Notes: generated by a model not told the origin, from the letters alone. Positions 12,353 through 26,869 are shown, counted from the stretch's first letter. The stretch is 64,000 nucleotides of DNA from Camelus dromedarius (GCF_036321535.1 NC_087437.1:22694001-22758000); one strand, 5' to 3'. Made by a program: numbers and translations.

Positions 12353-15300
12353 AATATAAAAGCCAATGGTTGCCGAGCTACAGCTGGTGTATCGTTTACT
12401 GTGTATAATTATTTCATTCTGTTGATTTTGGAATGGAGTTTCAGCTTCCTAGGTGGTGATAGTTGCCCCCTCCTGTTTAACATCCATTTTAATATAATCC
12501 ACACTCCATTCTTTACGTGTTTAGGGTTTGCCTGAGTCTGAAATCCGCAAATAATTTTACCAAAATGGCTTTTCACATCTGCTTATTGAAACAGATCTTT
12601 TTAAAGTTACAGCTTTTCTTTCCAATAGGCAAAAGATTGTAACTTTGAAATGACCTTGAAATGTAAACTTACAATAACACATCGTGGTGCCTTTAAGCAC
12701 TGCTAAAATCCGGCTTCAACTCTGCTTGGGCGTTAGTGGTTAAAAAGCAAGGGCATAGCTTTATTTGTTCTGTGCTCCAAATCTAGTTTATATGCAAATC
12801 CTTGGAACACTGAAAAAATATACACATCCTTATCATGTTCTAAATAAAATCTATCATCTTCAAAATTTAAATGTATGTTCTTTAAATCCAAAACATCACA
12901 ATTTAAAAAAAACTAATTTACTACTCTTTTCTGTTTTCTCAAAACATGTGTTTATCTAAAATACTGGCGGTTTAATAGGATTTAACACATACAATAGTAA
13001 GCTATGTGTTATTCCCTTTCTTCAGAAGGAATATGTATAAAGATTATTATTAGATCATCTATCTATCTATTTACCTATCTATCTATCCTCATGCCAATCC
13101 AATTATCAAACTAAACTTTGTCAGGGGAATTTCTCCCTAGTACTGAGATGTTCTTCATAGTGATTGAATGGACTTATCCAGTGAAGTTAAGAACTAGTAA
13201 GTAAACATCTGAACATCTGAAAAACTGAACAGCAACGTGGGTGATGAAAACAAACTCTAAAGCAATATAAAGTCAACTCTTCAATTCTAAGGAATGTAAT
13301 TTTCTCCCTCCTTTTCAAAATGGATAGAGCAGGAAAATTCCATTTAAAATAAAAGTTATTTCTCATAACTATGACTTCTCCTACAGATTTATCAATTTTT
13401 AAAAATTGTATAATGAGAAAAAAGATAAAAATTTAAATTAATAAAATAAAAAATCTCATAAATATTATTAGATGTTAAAATTTTAAAATCTGAGAGAATC
13501 TACAAAGGGAGGCTAGATTTTTGGATCAGAATTCTTTTCAATTATAAGTTATGTTCTAAAGCAATATTTTATTTCCTCTTCAACATGCATGAATTCCACA
13601 CCACAGTAGGAATGTTGCTTCAACTGAGGAAAATCTACCCCTATGTACAGCTGTTATTTTAGAAAGATTGCAAATTTTGAACACCTCATCATAAGAATTT
13701 TGTAAGCTCACTTAAAGGGAGTGCTAAGATATATTCTCGATATAAAAGCTTTCTTTTGCAGGAGCAACTTGCAACATTCAGGAACTGAGTATCTATTCAG
13801 TGAAAGATACACCAGTTTAGTTCTTTGGGGTACCAAGGAGGCCACTAAAGGATATTTTTGTCGCCTCTTCCTGGGCTCTATTCTCTCTTTTTCAAAAATA
13901 CTAGGCTGGTGTTGGCATGCCCACCACAGAGATCATTCCTGAAGCTCAGTTGTACTGGGCCCTTCCTAGAAAACATCCATTTTCATTAAAAACTGGATAG
14001 CCAGAGTGACTTGAAGCTCAGTTGCCTCAAGGAAACTTACTTAAGATGGAAAGTTTATGGCTTTTTGTAGTTATCCCTTCCAATCCAGTAGCACCCAGCT
14101 CCCAGATCAGCATGGGTCTACAGACAACACTTTCAGTAGCACTGTGCTCATGGCCTTTCCTCTTATAGCAAGGTTTGTAAAAAACTTGATATGTTCTCAT
14201 AACTACATTGTCTGAAGAGTACCAACACTATTCAAAAAAAAAAAAAAACTACTCAAAATATGTTTCAAAGAATCTAAACAGCTATGACTGACTCGAGGTT
14301 TAAGTAAAGTCCCTTTCATCTTGTAAAACTTTAAACCAAAAACCCCATAACTGCTACTAAATTATGCTGAAATTTGTCAGTATGGGAGGAATGGAATCGG
14401 AAAATGGTTTTTGGAACTGTATATCAATGTCCAATTATGTCCCTTGTAAACTTATCCATCTGTGAGGCAGGGAGGAAGAGAAAAAGGGGGTTTAGAAATC
14501 ATCTGGCAACTATGTAAGAACATATCTTTCAAGAAATCTGTATTTTCCTAATCTGATATATGGAAAGTTAGTTAAATTTAGAAAGAAAAAGAGAAAAATC
14601 TTTGGGGAGATTTCTGTACTTTTTTCCAACAGGAAAATCAATTTCCTAACAAAAAGTTATTCATTAGAAGTAGCCAAGCTAAACTGCACATCAGTGGAAG
14701 TAATAGATCAGTTGAGTCTGAGAAAAGATTAGAGACACAGCTCCTGAAAAGTGTAACTTGGGCTGCAATTGAGTGAGTTAATGCTGGTTGACTTGCATGC
14801 TCTGTGTATGTAATTTCCTCTAGAGATTACCTAAATACAGTTCTCCAAACTTCCATGAACACAGCACTTTTTCTAATGTAGGACTCTTGCAATAACTTGA
14901 AATTACACCTCCAGTGTCCTAAAAAATTTCACTGCATTTATATTCACTTCTTGATCTGGCTCAGGGATGTTTTGGGGGGAAAATCTTACATACCAGCTGG
15001 CTTGATGGGCAGTTAAAATAACAGATTTTTAAAAAATTAATTAAAAATTGAACGTGGTGTATATGTATGTGTATGTGTGTATGTGTAGTTATGTACATGT
15101 ATATAAATAGTGCGTGTAATATACTGTTATTATTTATCATGTCTATTATAAGTCTTAATTGTTGTATTGAGTGATCAACAAGAAAGTAGATTTCAAGAGA
15201 TGGGTAGGCCCTTAACCAAGGATGAAAAGCATTTGAAGAGATCTAAGAATTAGAAAAAATAGATATCATCCCCAGTTTTGACAAATACTAATGAAGAAAG

Positions 15301-16632
15301 GATTTGAGAAAGTAATTTAACTTCTCTAATATTCAGGTTTCTTATCCCTGAAGTAGGATCATTTCTGTCCCTGTCTGTCTGGTATGGTTATTGTAAGATA
15401 CAAATGAATACACTTTGAGAAGAGGGTAAGGAACTATGAAAATTGTATGTTTTACCTTTATTTCTAACATTAGAATATTATTCCTATGTAAATAGGACAT
15501 TTTAAAGTGAAGTTCTTTCCTAAATCCTGTGCCATCCACACTAACCACTTATATTTTTCCAAATGAGTCTCCATTTACTTTCTACTCTTAAAGGATAATG
15601 TTTACCTTTTCCTAGACTCTTAATTTCTCTCTGCTGGGATAAGACTATAATTGTATTTCTCTCTCTGAAGCACAGTGGATAACTTGTTAAATAATCAGGT
15701 TATTGATTCCTATAGAAGCCTTAAATTTGTAACCTAGAATAGATACATATGCTGCAAATTAAAAGGAATGCCTTCACAATCATGTAAGCAATTTATCTAC
15801 ATATGTTAGGAGTCATAGGTTTACCTGGATAGAGGAGAGTCCAATAACAAAAACCAAGCTATACACAATCAACAGGAAAAACTAAACACATAAGTAAATT
15901 TTGAAACAAAAGTGACATGTATTACTCAGACAGAAAGAATCAATTAGTAACAGATGATTAAATTATGCCTAGTATTTGGAGGGAAGAAAACATTGGCACA
16001 TTACATGCAACCAAAAAGCATAATGAAGACATTATGATCACAGCTATGGAGAAAATTATCCTGAGAAATGTGATTACTCAATCACAGTCAATTAGAGATT
16101 TATGATATATTATGATCACTCTCATGAAAAGCTTTTATTCAATCATGACCTTGTCAATAGTGTAGCTTGGACACTTACAAAGGAGAAGCAAGGAACTCAT
16201 GAGTGCTAATATCCATTCTGTAAAATAGAGGAAATGTGATTTAACTTAGGCAATTAAGAAACCATCATCCTCATAATATTTATTCTAAGGGATTGAGAAG
16301 GTGGCCACTGTATAACGGAGGTGAACAAGAGGGAAAGTTTCCCAGTAGTCATATAGAATTTAGTTTCTACTGCTTTTCTTAGGACCCCTAATACAATGAT
16401 AGAGATGAAGTGTGATAGGGCCACTGTCAAACTGGTCAACCAAGGCACTACCCCTGAAACAGACTGAATGGACTTTAGGAGTCCATGAGCTCAAAAGAGT
16501 TGGAGTCCAAGGTTTAGGACCTCCAATTTTTATTCAGTCTTGAACCTTTGGAACCACAGGAAATATCTGGTATATTCTATGTGTTACCAAAGAAAGAGGT
16601 TGTGTAAAAGATTTGTAATGTGGACATTCTTT

Positions 16633-16830
16633 TTTTACTTAATAGGCTTTATTTAATTTTTTGAGACATTTCAGGTTTACAGAAACATTGAGTAGAAAGT
16701 ACTCAAAATCTCAAAATATGTGCCCATAGACCCCTCACTCCCCTTCAGTTGCCTCTATTACAAGTCAATATTGATACATTATTATTAATTAAAGTCCATA
16801 GTTTACATTAAGGTTCACTCTTTGTCTTTG
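16633..16830 (-). mobile_element. L1MC-like 3' end fragment with probable TSD
   Basis: aggtttacagaaacattgagtagaaagtac...aatattgatacattattattaattaaagtccatagtttacattaaggttcactc, flanked by gacattcttt at 16623-16632 and 16833-16842. Confidence 0.7.
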
Positions 16831-17949
16831 TAGACATTCTTTCTCATGAATCTTAAACTTCTACTGTAAATTAACAAAATTTCAACAAAAGTCTATTTTA
16901 TAAATAAGAATATTTATGAAAGTATTTTGTTAACTTTTTGACATTCTAAGAAAAAATTAAAACTTGTTTAATAAAGAATATAGACATAAATATATATTCT
17001 TATGATGAGAAAAAATCTTTAAGTGGGGGATTGGGGTAATGAATGAGCTTAATGCATGTAAAGTGCATGTTAGTGGCTGGCACATAGTAAATGCTCAATA
17101 AATGCAAGCAATTGTCATCATTACAGTCAATAGTTCTTATAGTTGTAGTCCATATTTGAAGACAGGGACCAAGTGCTATGACACACTTGAGAAGTTAAGG
17201 AAAAGATTGAGTAATCCACTTCACCAAGCACTAGAACAGAGATTCCAAGAAAAATCCAGTTAAAATCAGGTTAATTCATATAAGTGTTGAAATCACACTT
17301 ACATTTTGGAAAAAGGAGATGCAACCACAGGGCAAATAGTCACAGTGTATAAAAAGAGATCCTAGGTACCTATAATCCAGTAGCAATGACCTTCAAGATT
17401 AAACTTGCTCATTGAAGCTAAAACAATGATGTCATCATTCATATTCATGATTCTGTTGATAATGTAGCTTGCCTATTGGAAACTTTTATAGCTACCTCTC
17501 ATGCAGCAGGAATTCATAAGTAAGGGTGAAATAGAGCAATAAAGCATCTCAGAGCTGTGGTTAAGATTGACTTCTATTCCTTTTATTGGGGCCATTTCAT
17601 TTTAATGACATCAGAGTATAATTGCTAAATCAGGATGAGCACCTCCCACATTGATACTGCGAAAACCTTTAGACCAGAACATTGGGCATTTCTCACTTAG
17701 TTGGCTCTGTGTGCCTAATAGTAATCTACCAACTATCCTCTACATAACATACATACAATATTTGATGAGGACATGTGCACAGACAGAGATAGCTATATAA
17801 ATCTTGTGGATATAAATTATAAAATTAATTGATTTGGTTTAGTTTCAATGATGCCTGGGTAATATGGATTAAATGCAAGTTTAAAATTATCTTATTTTCT
17901 ATAGTTTGTTCTTACTAAATCCTAAGTAAGGTATTAAATCTTACTACCA

Positions 17950-18300
17950 GTTTGTAAGTGCAGCATAGCAAATTTACCTAGGGTTTTTGTTAAAAGGCAG
18001 ATTAGGATTCAGGAGGTGTAGGGTGGCTCAAGACTCTGGAATTTCTAACAAGCTCCAGGAGCTGCTACAGGTCCAAAGATGCAATTTAAGTTGCAAGGAT
18101 GAGTTTAGCATATAAGCTCTGGAGTCAGTCACAGCTTAGAAAAATTACTTAAGCGATGTGAGCCTCATACTTCTCACTTACATAAAGGGAACAATAGATA
18201 TTATCAATCTCTACTGTTTATTGAAAGATTAAATAAGATAATAAATACAGAATGATCAGTTCAAGGCCAGGAACATAGAAAATGCCCCAAAAACTAGCTT
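17950..18300. mobile_element. MER5-like hAT fragment followed by a MIR fragment
   Basis: tttgttaaaaggcagattaggattcaggaggtgtagggtgg...tttctaacaagctcc, then MIR-like attgaaagattaaataagataa. Confidence 0.5.
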
Positions 18301-18369
18301 TGGTGGTAACTTGTTATTTCTACCACCTCTTTGTCAACAAAAGGATATGCAATTCTCAAATGTTTTCAT

Positions 18370-19300
18370 TAACTCATTCATTCATTTGGCAATATAGTTA
18401 TTGACTTTTACTGAAAGTAAAGGCATGATAACTACGAGGTTACGTCTACTAGGGAACATAAGACACGGATGGAAGGGGATAGCACATGAGGTCCAAATTG
18501 TGCTAGATCTGACAGTCAAATTCAGAGTGAATTGGCTTATGGTTGTAGCCAGAAACTTGAGAGTCACCCATGATGGACTTTATTTCTCTAAATCTAATCA
18601 ACAGTCACGTCCTGTCAGTTCCACCTCCCAGTCCGCTCTCAAATCCAGCCAAGTAGTCTCCCGGTTTAAAGTACAATCACCTATCTCCTAACTCCTCTCT
18701 TACTTCCCATTTTGACCTTCTCTCTTCCATTTTCATATTCCAATTGGAGTGAATTTTTAAAAGTACATATCCCCTGCTTAGCAGTCTGCAGCCTACAGAG
18801 TTACATCCGAACTCTAGAACAAGGTCTCAAGTCTTTGGGATAAACTCCCTCCTCACCGTGTGTATCTCCTACTGTTACCTGCCCACACTCTGGCCTCCTT
18901 GGATGAAAGCCAGAACTGAAGTTCTACCTTGCTGTTGGCCTCCCATGTGCTTCCCTCTCTGCCTGGAATGTCCTCTCCCAGATCTTTGCCTGGCTCCCTC
19001 CCTTGAAATAAATGTAAGATCTCAGGTTAGAAGATACCTCTTTAGGAGCCTCTCTGGCCCTCTTAGTGTGCTCCCTCAGCCTCCTCAATCTATCCCATCA
19101 CAGTTCTTGTCACACCAGGCCCAGCCCTCAAGGAGACCCTCCAAGTTGCTGATCTTTTTGTACCATTCACTTCTCCTCACTCACACTCACTGCAGTTGTA
19201 CTTTCCCAAGTGTTTGTGTGACTCCCTCATGAATGTTTACCTTCCTTGTAGTCTGTAAGCTCCAGGCCAGCCAGGAGTGAGCCATTTTCTTATTCATCAA
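18370..19300. mobile_element. LINE-2 fragments (minus-strand tail ~18370-18560, plus-strand body ~18580-19300)
   Basis: cattcattcatttggcaa L2 tail, and a pyrimidine-rich body ccctctgcctggaatgtcctctcccagatctttgcctggctccctcc...ctgtaagctcca. Confidence 0.7.
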
Positions 19301-19309
19301 CACTGCTAA

Positions 19310-20285
19310 ATTGCAACACTAAGAAAATAAAATCTTCATAAATGAAATATTTATAATATAGTATTCTTAGGAATAAATTGCATAAAATTTGTGCAAGACT
19401 CTTACAGTGAAAACTTTCAATCTTTGTTGGAATACTTAAAGTAAACATGAGTAAAAGGGATATCAGATTTCAAGACTAGAAAGACAATATCATAAATATG
19501 TCAGTTTTCCCTAAACTGATCTATAGATTTGATGCAATTCTAATCAAAATACCAATGCAGTGAGTCAAAGAATTTGATAAGATGATTCTAAAAATTTTAC
19601 AATGAAAGAAAAAGATCCAAATAACTATGACACTCAAGAAGAATATTGTAGGGCAGGTACAGTGGAGAGGTAAGATTTGTCCTATTAAATATCAAGAGTT
19701 AATTAATTACCAAAAGGCAATGGTAATTAAAGTAGTGTGGTACTGTTACAGGGCTAGACAAATTGATCAGGAAGAAGTCTGACGATACAAAGCACTGGTG
19801 AGGATGTAGTGCAATGGAAACATGTACACCAGCTGGTAGGGATATTACTTTGGAAGACAGTTTGGTATTGTGCATTCCACTCAACAGTCATTGCTTAAAG
19901 AATCTTCTACATGGGCCCCAGGTGACTTGTACAAAAATATTCATAGATGGAAGCAACTCCATCAGTAAGAGAATAAGTAAAGTGTGAAATATTCACATAT
20001 TTGCATATTATCAATGAAATTGAAATATAGCTGAAAACCATGACATGGATGAATTAGAAAAATTATGAACAGGGGAGAAAAGAAAATGGCTTGATGATGC
20101 AAAGCACGACACTGATTTTATAAAATTCAAAAGCACATGGAAAAACTACAAATAAAAATTCCTCATGAGATTTTACCTCTGGGGAATGAGGAAAAGGAGA
20201 ATGGGAGGAGCACACAGATAAATTTGGCAGTTTTGACAATGTAGTTTATAGTATGGTGAAGGATTCATGAGTTTCCATTTTTAAG
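19310..20285 (+). mobile_element. Old L1 (L1ME/L1M5-like) ORF2 and 3' UTR remnants
   Basis: atgtcagttttccctaaactgatctatagatttgatgcaattctaatcaaaatacca and ggaagacagtttggta. Confidence 0.7.
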
Positions 20286-20992
20286 TTAATCTTCAAGGCC
20301 CTGAAAAGGTGCAATAAAGGCCATGTGGCATAACTCCTTAATTTTATTTCTTCTTAAACTGTTCAAGCAAAGTGAATAAGCTGCCAACATCAAGCTTTAG
20401 TCATCTTCAAAGCTCCACCCTTTCCCAAAGCACTACCACCAGCCAGACAAATGCGGATGCAAGCCAGGCTTGATCTGACAGCCCTTGACAAGCTACGAAA
20501 GAAGCCCCCTCAGCAGAGATGTTGCCTTTACAGCTAACATGGCCACACCTTCACCTCCGTGTTCTCTGGATCACTGCTGGGGAAAAGTGCAAGTGAAATT
20601 CTCAAATTAAATAAAACTTTTCCATAATTACCCACTCTAGCTGAGCAGGGGTCGATTTTTCCATGACTGCCTTTTGCTTTGGTAGCATAAAATCTTAGTG
20701 AGCTATGCTTTCTACTTTATTTCCTTTGAACTTTATGCATTTTTTTCCCTAGAAATTTTATATCCAAACATAGAACAAGATACTTCTTAGAAGTCTCTTA
20801 AGTCATCATTATTTCTAGTTTCAGAATATGAGGAAGTCTAACAGTGGAGGCCAGTGAGTCAGCCCCTCTAAGGCCAACTTGATTCTCCATCATGCTTTCC
20901 TTTAGTAGCCGTAAGTTTCATACCAAGTTCTGAGTCCCATTTTTAATGCACGTTCTTACTTGATAGCTCTGAAGATATTTTATAGTTTCTTC

Positions 20993-21555
20993 TCATGGCA
21001 GGTTATTTGCAAAGATGACCATGATAATTCTTCCCATCCCTGTATGCATACCCCTTTATAATGTGAATTATCACATCTCGCATCAAGAGCTGGAGCCTAT
21101 TTCCCCGTGCCTTGAATCTTGGCTGCTCTTGTGATAATCTGACCAATATAATGCAGTGAAAGTGATACTACAGGACTTCTCGGTCTGAGATTTAAGGGGC
21201 TTTCACTTCTGTTCCCAACATCTTGGAATGCTGCTCGGAGACCACCGTGGAAAAAAGCCAGGGCTAGCCTACTGGGAGATAAGAGGTTACATGAAGCAGA
21301 GCTGAGCCCCAGACCAACCAGCTAACAGAATCAGCTACCAGACATTTGAGTGAGCCCATCTTAGACCATTCAATCCCTCTCAAGCCCCAAATGACTGTGA
21401 TCTCATGGGTCACCTCAGATGAGAACCATAGAACTGCCCAAATCAGTCTAATTTAAATCATTGAGCCACAGATTGTGAACTAATAAAATAATTGTTGTTT
21501 TAAGACACTAAATTTGGAGAGTGGTTTGCTACACAGCAATAGATAACTGATGTAC
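20993..21555 (+). mobile_element. MaLR solo LTR (MLT1F/H-like)
   Basis: ttgcaaagatgacc...ttcccatccctgtatgc...gagcctatttcccc...taataaaataattgttgttttaagacactaaatttgg...acagcaatagataactga. Confidence 0.8.
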
Positions 21556-22829
21556 TTCCCTTATTTTTTTTATCCTCTATCTGAATGGGATGAGGGGTGT
21601 GTATGTATGTATGTATGTATGTAGAAGCTGACCTACATTTACTGTAGCTCCTCCATCAGATTTTGGTCAAACTGAGAAAAAAAAAATATTTGGCTTTGTG
21701 CCTAAGGGTACTGAAGAATGAAAGTAAACTGGGTAATTACAAGATCTGAATATTTCATTTAAAATGAATTCCATAGTTAGGATCTTTACGATACGCTGTT
21801 TAATAATAAGACTTCTCAGGTAAATTCTTTTTCAGAATAAAGTATGTTTCAGTTATTTTTATATTTTAAAAATTATTCTGTTTCTCTTTTCTCACATCAG
21901 CAATTTCATATACCATTTTGTTCCTTCTACATGGCTTTTAACATTTCTCTTCCTAATTTAGAGTTGGGTTTTATTTGTTTTCCTTTTTGAATCTTTTAGA
22001 ATTTGTTTATTTTCTCCTACCCTGTCCTATCATTCTTACCCCAGACATCTTCAAGGTTGTGATGGAAGGACTGCATTGGTGACTAACGCATAGATCCATG
22101 TGGCTCTGACGACTTCACCTCCTTTACTTCCAAACTAGATCTCTGATGTTTCCCACAGTCCCCTCCTCCCTCCCTTTAGTTTCTTTTCCTCATAAACTTC
22201 ACTCATCTCTCTGCTGCCAGACATACAGCCCAAGCTTGCTGTGATATGGATATGAGAAACCACACTGCTAAGCAGCTCGGGCTGTACTTGACAGATTAGA
22301 GATTATTTTTTTCTTATTTGGCTGTGTCAGGGCAGCAGTGTATTTATTTTTTCTCTCTGACATCAGTGACAGCTATTACTGTGCCAGCTCCAAATTCAGA
22401 GAGTAAATGAATGAATGCACTGAGGAGTCACAGGGCCTTCTGGTCTGACTCAACACAGCCTCCCTGAGCTCTGCTGTTTTGCAACCTACTGAAAATGGAG
22501 TCTCAGAGAGCAGCAGCCCAGAGAGTCTCAAGAGACAGTGAGAAAAACATGGTTGGGAAGGAGGGAGAGAGAGAAGGGAGAAGGAAGAGGGAAGGTAAAG
22601 ACAGAAGAAGAGAGACGAAAAATATAGGGCTTTGTGGTTGGTAAGAATTAACCAGGGGATATTGGCAAATACACACTTGGCGCCTTTGCTTCTCTGCTAC
22701 TGCCTGCCAGCCCGAGTTGTTCTTATTAAAACACACAATTGTAGAATCAGAGTTTCCCAGAGATGGAAGTAAGCAGAATAATCAAGCAGGGCTTTATAAA
22801 TCTATTAAATAGCTCCTTTCACTTGTTTC

Positions 22830-23460
22830 CCCCTTTATTTTTACTTTAATATAACTGATACATGCAAGAGAATATATAGAAGGATTATACAAGTTATAAA
22901 TTATTAAAAAAATACTGAATACCTGGAAACCCACTCCAACCTATGAGCCAGAATGCTACCAATAATTTATCTCTTCCATGTGTTTCTTTCTATTCCATTC
23001 TTTTCCCTCTTTCCCAGAAATTACCACTTCGCTGAATTTTCTGTTTTTAATTCCCTTCTTTATTACACATATGCATATATGCATTCTCACCTACATGCAT
23101 GCATGCTTAAACAATATTGTTTAACCTTGCTCATTTATGAACATTATAAAAATGATGTCATACTGCATGTAATCTTATGGGGCTTGATTTACCGATCCTA
23201 CAATATATTTCCAAGATTCACCTACATTGTCATAAGCAATTTTATTTCATTGTTTTTCCCCACTGTGTAATGTTATGTTATATAAATTCATTTTTCTTTT
23301 CTCCTTTTAATGATACAAGTTGTTTACAAGTTTTTGCTACCATGAATAATGTTGCTACAAAATAGTTTTATACATGGTACATGTGTGCAAGTGGGTCCCT
23401 TGGAAAATACTCAGAAATATAGTTATAAAGTATACAAATATGTACAAAGAATATAAGAAT
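22830..23460 (-). mobile_element. Old L1 3' region, minus strand
   Basis: gttgtttacaagtttttgctaccatgaataatgttgctacaaa and tttatgaacattataaaaatgatgtcatactgcatgt. Confidence 0.65.
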
Positions 23461-23539
23461 ATATTTATAAATTTTCAAATTATATACTCATAAATATACA
23501 CATTGAAATAAATTTATGTTCAAGAGTAAAGAACTAATA

Positions 23540-24380
23540 ACAGATAAGGTGCTCATGAAGAAGAGTATCCTTTTAAGATATAAAGACTTATTATGAAGCC
23601 ATCATAATTAGGGCAGTGTGGTATTGGTGCAGGGATAGATATTGGCCAGCCAGATAGAATTAAGTGTTTAGAAACAGAAACCACAACAAATGGCACAGGA
23701 GGCACTGTAGATAGACCCTGGGGAAAAGTGGGACTAGACAATAAATGATGTTATAATAACAGGCTGTCCCTTTGAGAAAGAAAAATTTAATTGGATATCT
23801 ACTTTATATTGTATACAAAAATCAATTCCAGAAAATGGACTTACTGCAAAAGGCAAAACTTTAAAACATTTTAGAAGACAATATCTTCCTGACTCTGGGG
23901 TAGGAAAGGATTTATTAAATAAAATACAAAAGTGCTGACCATAAAAGGAAAAAAAAAGTTATAAACCTGACTACACTAAATTTAAGAAATTCTGTTCATT
24001 AAGAGACATCATGAAAAAATAAAAGCACAAGACTAAACTGGGAGGAAATACTTGTGGCATATGTAACTGAATATGGATTACCATGTAGAACATATAAAGA
24101 AATCAGGCAAACTAATGAAAATATGATAAAACAACTCATTAGAAAAATGGACAAAAAATTTGGTCTGGTATCATATGAAAATATAATTAATTTCATTAAC
24201 AATCAGGGAAATATAAATAAAGTCCACAGAATAATTTCATTTCACACATATTAGATAGCCAAAAATTAAGAAGAAAAATTGGCACAACTGGTTTGGAAAT
24301 AATTTTGCATTATTTTATAAAAACCAATTCATTTGTAGACTCTCCATCCTGGCACTTCCACACTTAGATATGAATATAGA
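23540..24380 (+). mobile_element. Old L1 ORF2 3' fragment
   Basis: gatataaagacttattatgaagccatcataattagggcagtgtggtattggtgcagggataga and tatacaaaaatcaattccaga. Confidence 0.75.
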
Positions 24381-25424
24381 AGGGCCACCAAGTCTGGGAA
24401 CACAGACAATTATGTAATAGCTGGTTTATTGTTATTGCATTATGATACATGATAAAATAATAGCATGCATATTTCAATACCTTATAGCTACCCTGAATGC
24501 AGTCGAGATAATTCTTCAGTCCTAATTAACTATGGAGATATAAAATCCTTCCTTTCCCAACTCTCTCTTTGCTTAGGCTCTTGAAAAACACACTTGTCCT
24601 TTGTAATTCCCTAGCAAAGCTGATGAAACAGTGAAATCTATGCAGACTCTCTCCCATGAAAAATTCATGGATAATTTAAGGGGATTGACTGCCTTCCTGA
24701 AGTCCTTCTATGCACCATCTAAGGGTCTGTGTTTCCTGGTTAAGAATTCTGCTCTAAGTCATTCTCTTTCCAGTGTTAGAGCTTAAGACATTGATGTATC
24801 TATCACTTGGACTCCATCTATGAACTATACCTCTTCAGGATTTGGTTTTAGTTCCTTGTCCCTTCTTTCAGGTTTAGGAGTCAGCATTTTAAGACTACTG
24901 AACCTCGCCATACCTTATCCTAGTTAAGGACAGAGCAACAGCAATTCCAGAACCAGCGCCACTGGCACTTAGGCCTGAGGTCCCCAGGTCAGCAGGCACA
25001 ATGACACAAGAGGGCAAAGTGTCAGGTGTGCTTGGTGGTTTATTAAGGAACCCAACAGGAAAACCAACATTTCAGAGGAATGTTGACTTGAATAATATAA
25101 ACAACCTCACATTTCTGAAGCCAGGTTTTCCAGAGTGTATTACCCAGAGTCTAGCAATTCTAAGCAAGTAAAATGGACTTAGACTATCCCTCCAAATACC
25201 TCCAATAAGAAAAGACAGGTTCCATTTCTACTTTGCAATCGTATTCACAGCTCATTCTTAATGTGCAGATTTTTTTCATAATTGCTAGCCATAATGATAA
25301 ATGTATGAATCTGAAATTATTTAGGGCTTGGTTTGTCTGGCAGATATAGCTATTCATCAAACTACAGGAAACACTACAGGAAATGTAAGGGCCTAACTCA
25401 GGAGGGGGAGGAAGACAAGGAGAT

Positions 25425-25650
25425 TTTAAGAGTGTCTGTTCTGAAGTCAGACTGGCTTTGCCATTTATTACCATTTACTTACTGTGTAACCTTGAGCAAG
25501 TCTCAACGTCAGCGTCCATGGATATAAAATAAGGATAATAATAGTATCTATCTCATAGGGGCATTACAGGAATAAAATGAGATAATGTGTGTAAAAAGCA
25601 TAGGTCAGTTTCTGGCACATGGGATGCGATTTAAAAATGAGCTATTTTAA
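25425..25650 (+). mobile_element. MIR SINE
   Basis: ctgaagtcagactgg...ccatttacttactgtgtaaccttgagcaagt...aggataataatagtatctatctcataggg...tggcacatggg. Confidence 0.8.
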
Positions 25651-26869
25651 AAACCAAAATCCCATTCTTCATCATTTAGATCCATGTCTTTTTCTCCAAA
25701 TATTTTTAGAACTGTGGCATTCGTTTTAATTCCTCATTAACAGAGAAGTCAAAAGGATATCGTTTTCATTGCTCTTAAAGAAGAAGCATTTCATGGTTAC
25801 TAATAAATTCTTAGGACAGACATGTATGTGCTGACATAAGCATTAGGTAGGTTGTCATTGCGATGATATATCTGTGTCACCATAAGGGTGGAGACATGAA
25901 ATCAAAGATAAAGGAAAAGCCCCCAAAGATGGAGCAGGTGAATTGAGAAATAATTCAAATACATGGGTTTTATTTTAAAACAGAGATGTATTTAAAACAT
26001 TTCCTAAGTGATAGAATGGGTGAGAGGCCAAGAAAGGCAGTTGAATTCTTTAAGAATAATCCAAGCTTAAAAAAAATTTTTTTTTTAAGATTTCTTGATT
26101 TTATTGGCAGAGGGATATTGTAAAACTTTCCCTTGTAATATGAAAGATGCTTTACATCCAATTTTTGAAATGAAATGAATTTAATAAAACTTAAGAACTC
26201 TTTCATTTAAATGGACCCAATGATCCCAATTCCTATAAAGCATCTGAATCCAGCTCTAAAACCAACCTGTATTTTGATTAGACACAGTCTTTACCTACAG
26301 AACACTATGGCCCACTAGCCAAGTTTTCATTCACGTTCCACACTCCCTCTTCATGATCTTCACATCCTTATACATTTCTGATCCTGGGCTTTATGGCCAT
26401 CTCTCAGCTGACTCTCTGGCATCAGTTTCCACATTCTCTTACACTGCCCTGTGAAACTTACTCTCCAGCTTGGAAACTTGCACAGTATTCCCCATATGCA
26501 ACAGGACTAATGCACCTGATGATGGAAAATCCAACTACTCACCCCTCTTCATTAGATGACTACCTGCTTTATAATTTTATTCTCAGAGTCCAATCTAACT
26601 GACTGCCCTGAATCCCTCCTCCTGCCCATTTCATGCAAGTATGAGTATTTCTGCATAAACTTGGACATCCTTAATTCCCCTTAAAAATCTGGATTCCTTT
26701 CAGATGGGATCCCCTAATAAAAGTATCTTATGTTTGTGAGAACTTCTAAAGGGATAAATGAAGAAACATGTCGCATGTTAGTAACTATTGACTGGTTTAC
26801 ACCATTTTATTTTCTAGTTTAATATTTTAAATGTTATTTTTAGTGCCAAAAATAAATAGAAGTAAAGCG

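Noticed and set aside
26066..26090. A-tract/T-tract palindrome cttaaaaaaaattttttttttaag
   Set aside because: Low complexity and expected in AT-rich introns.
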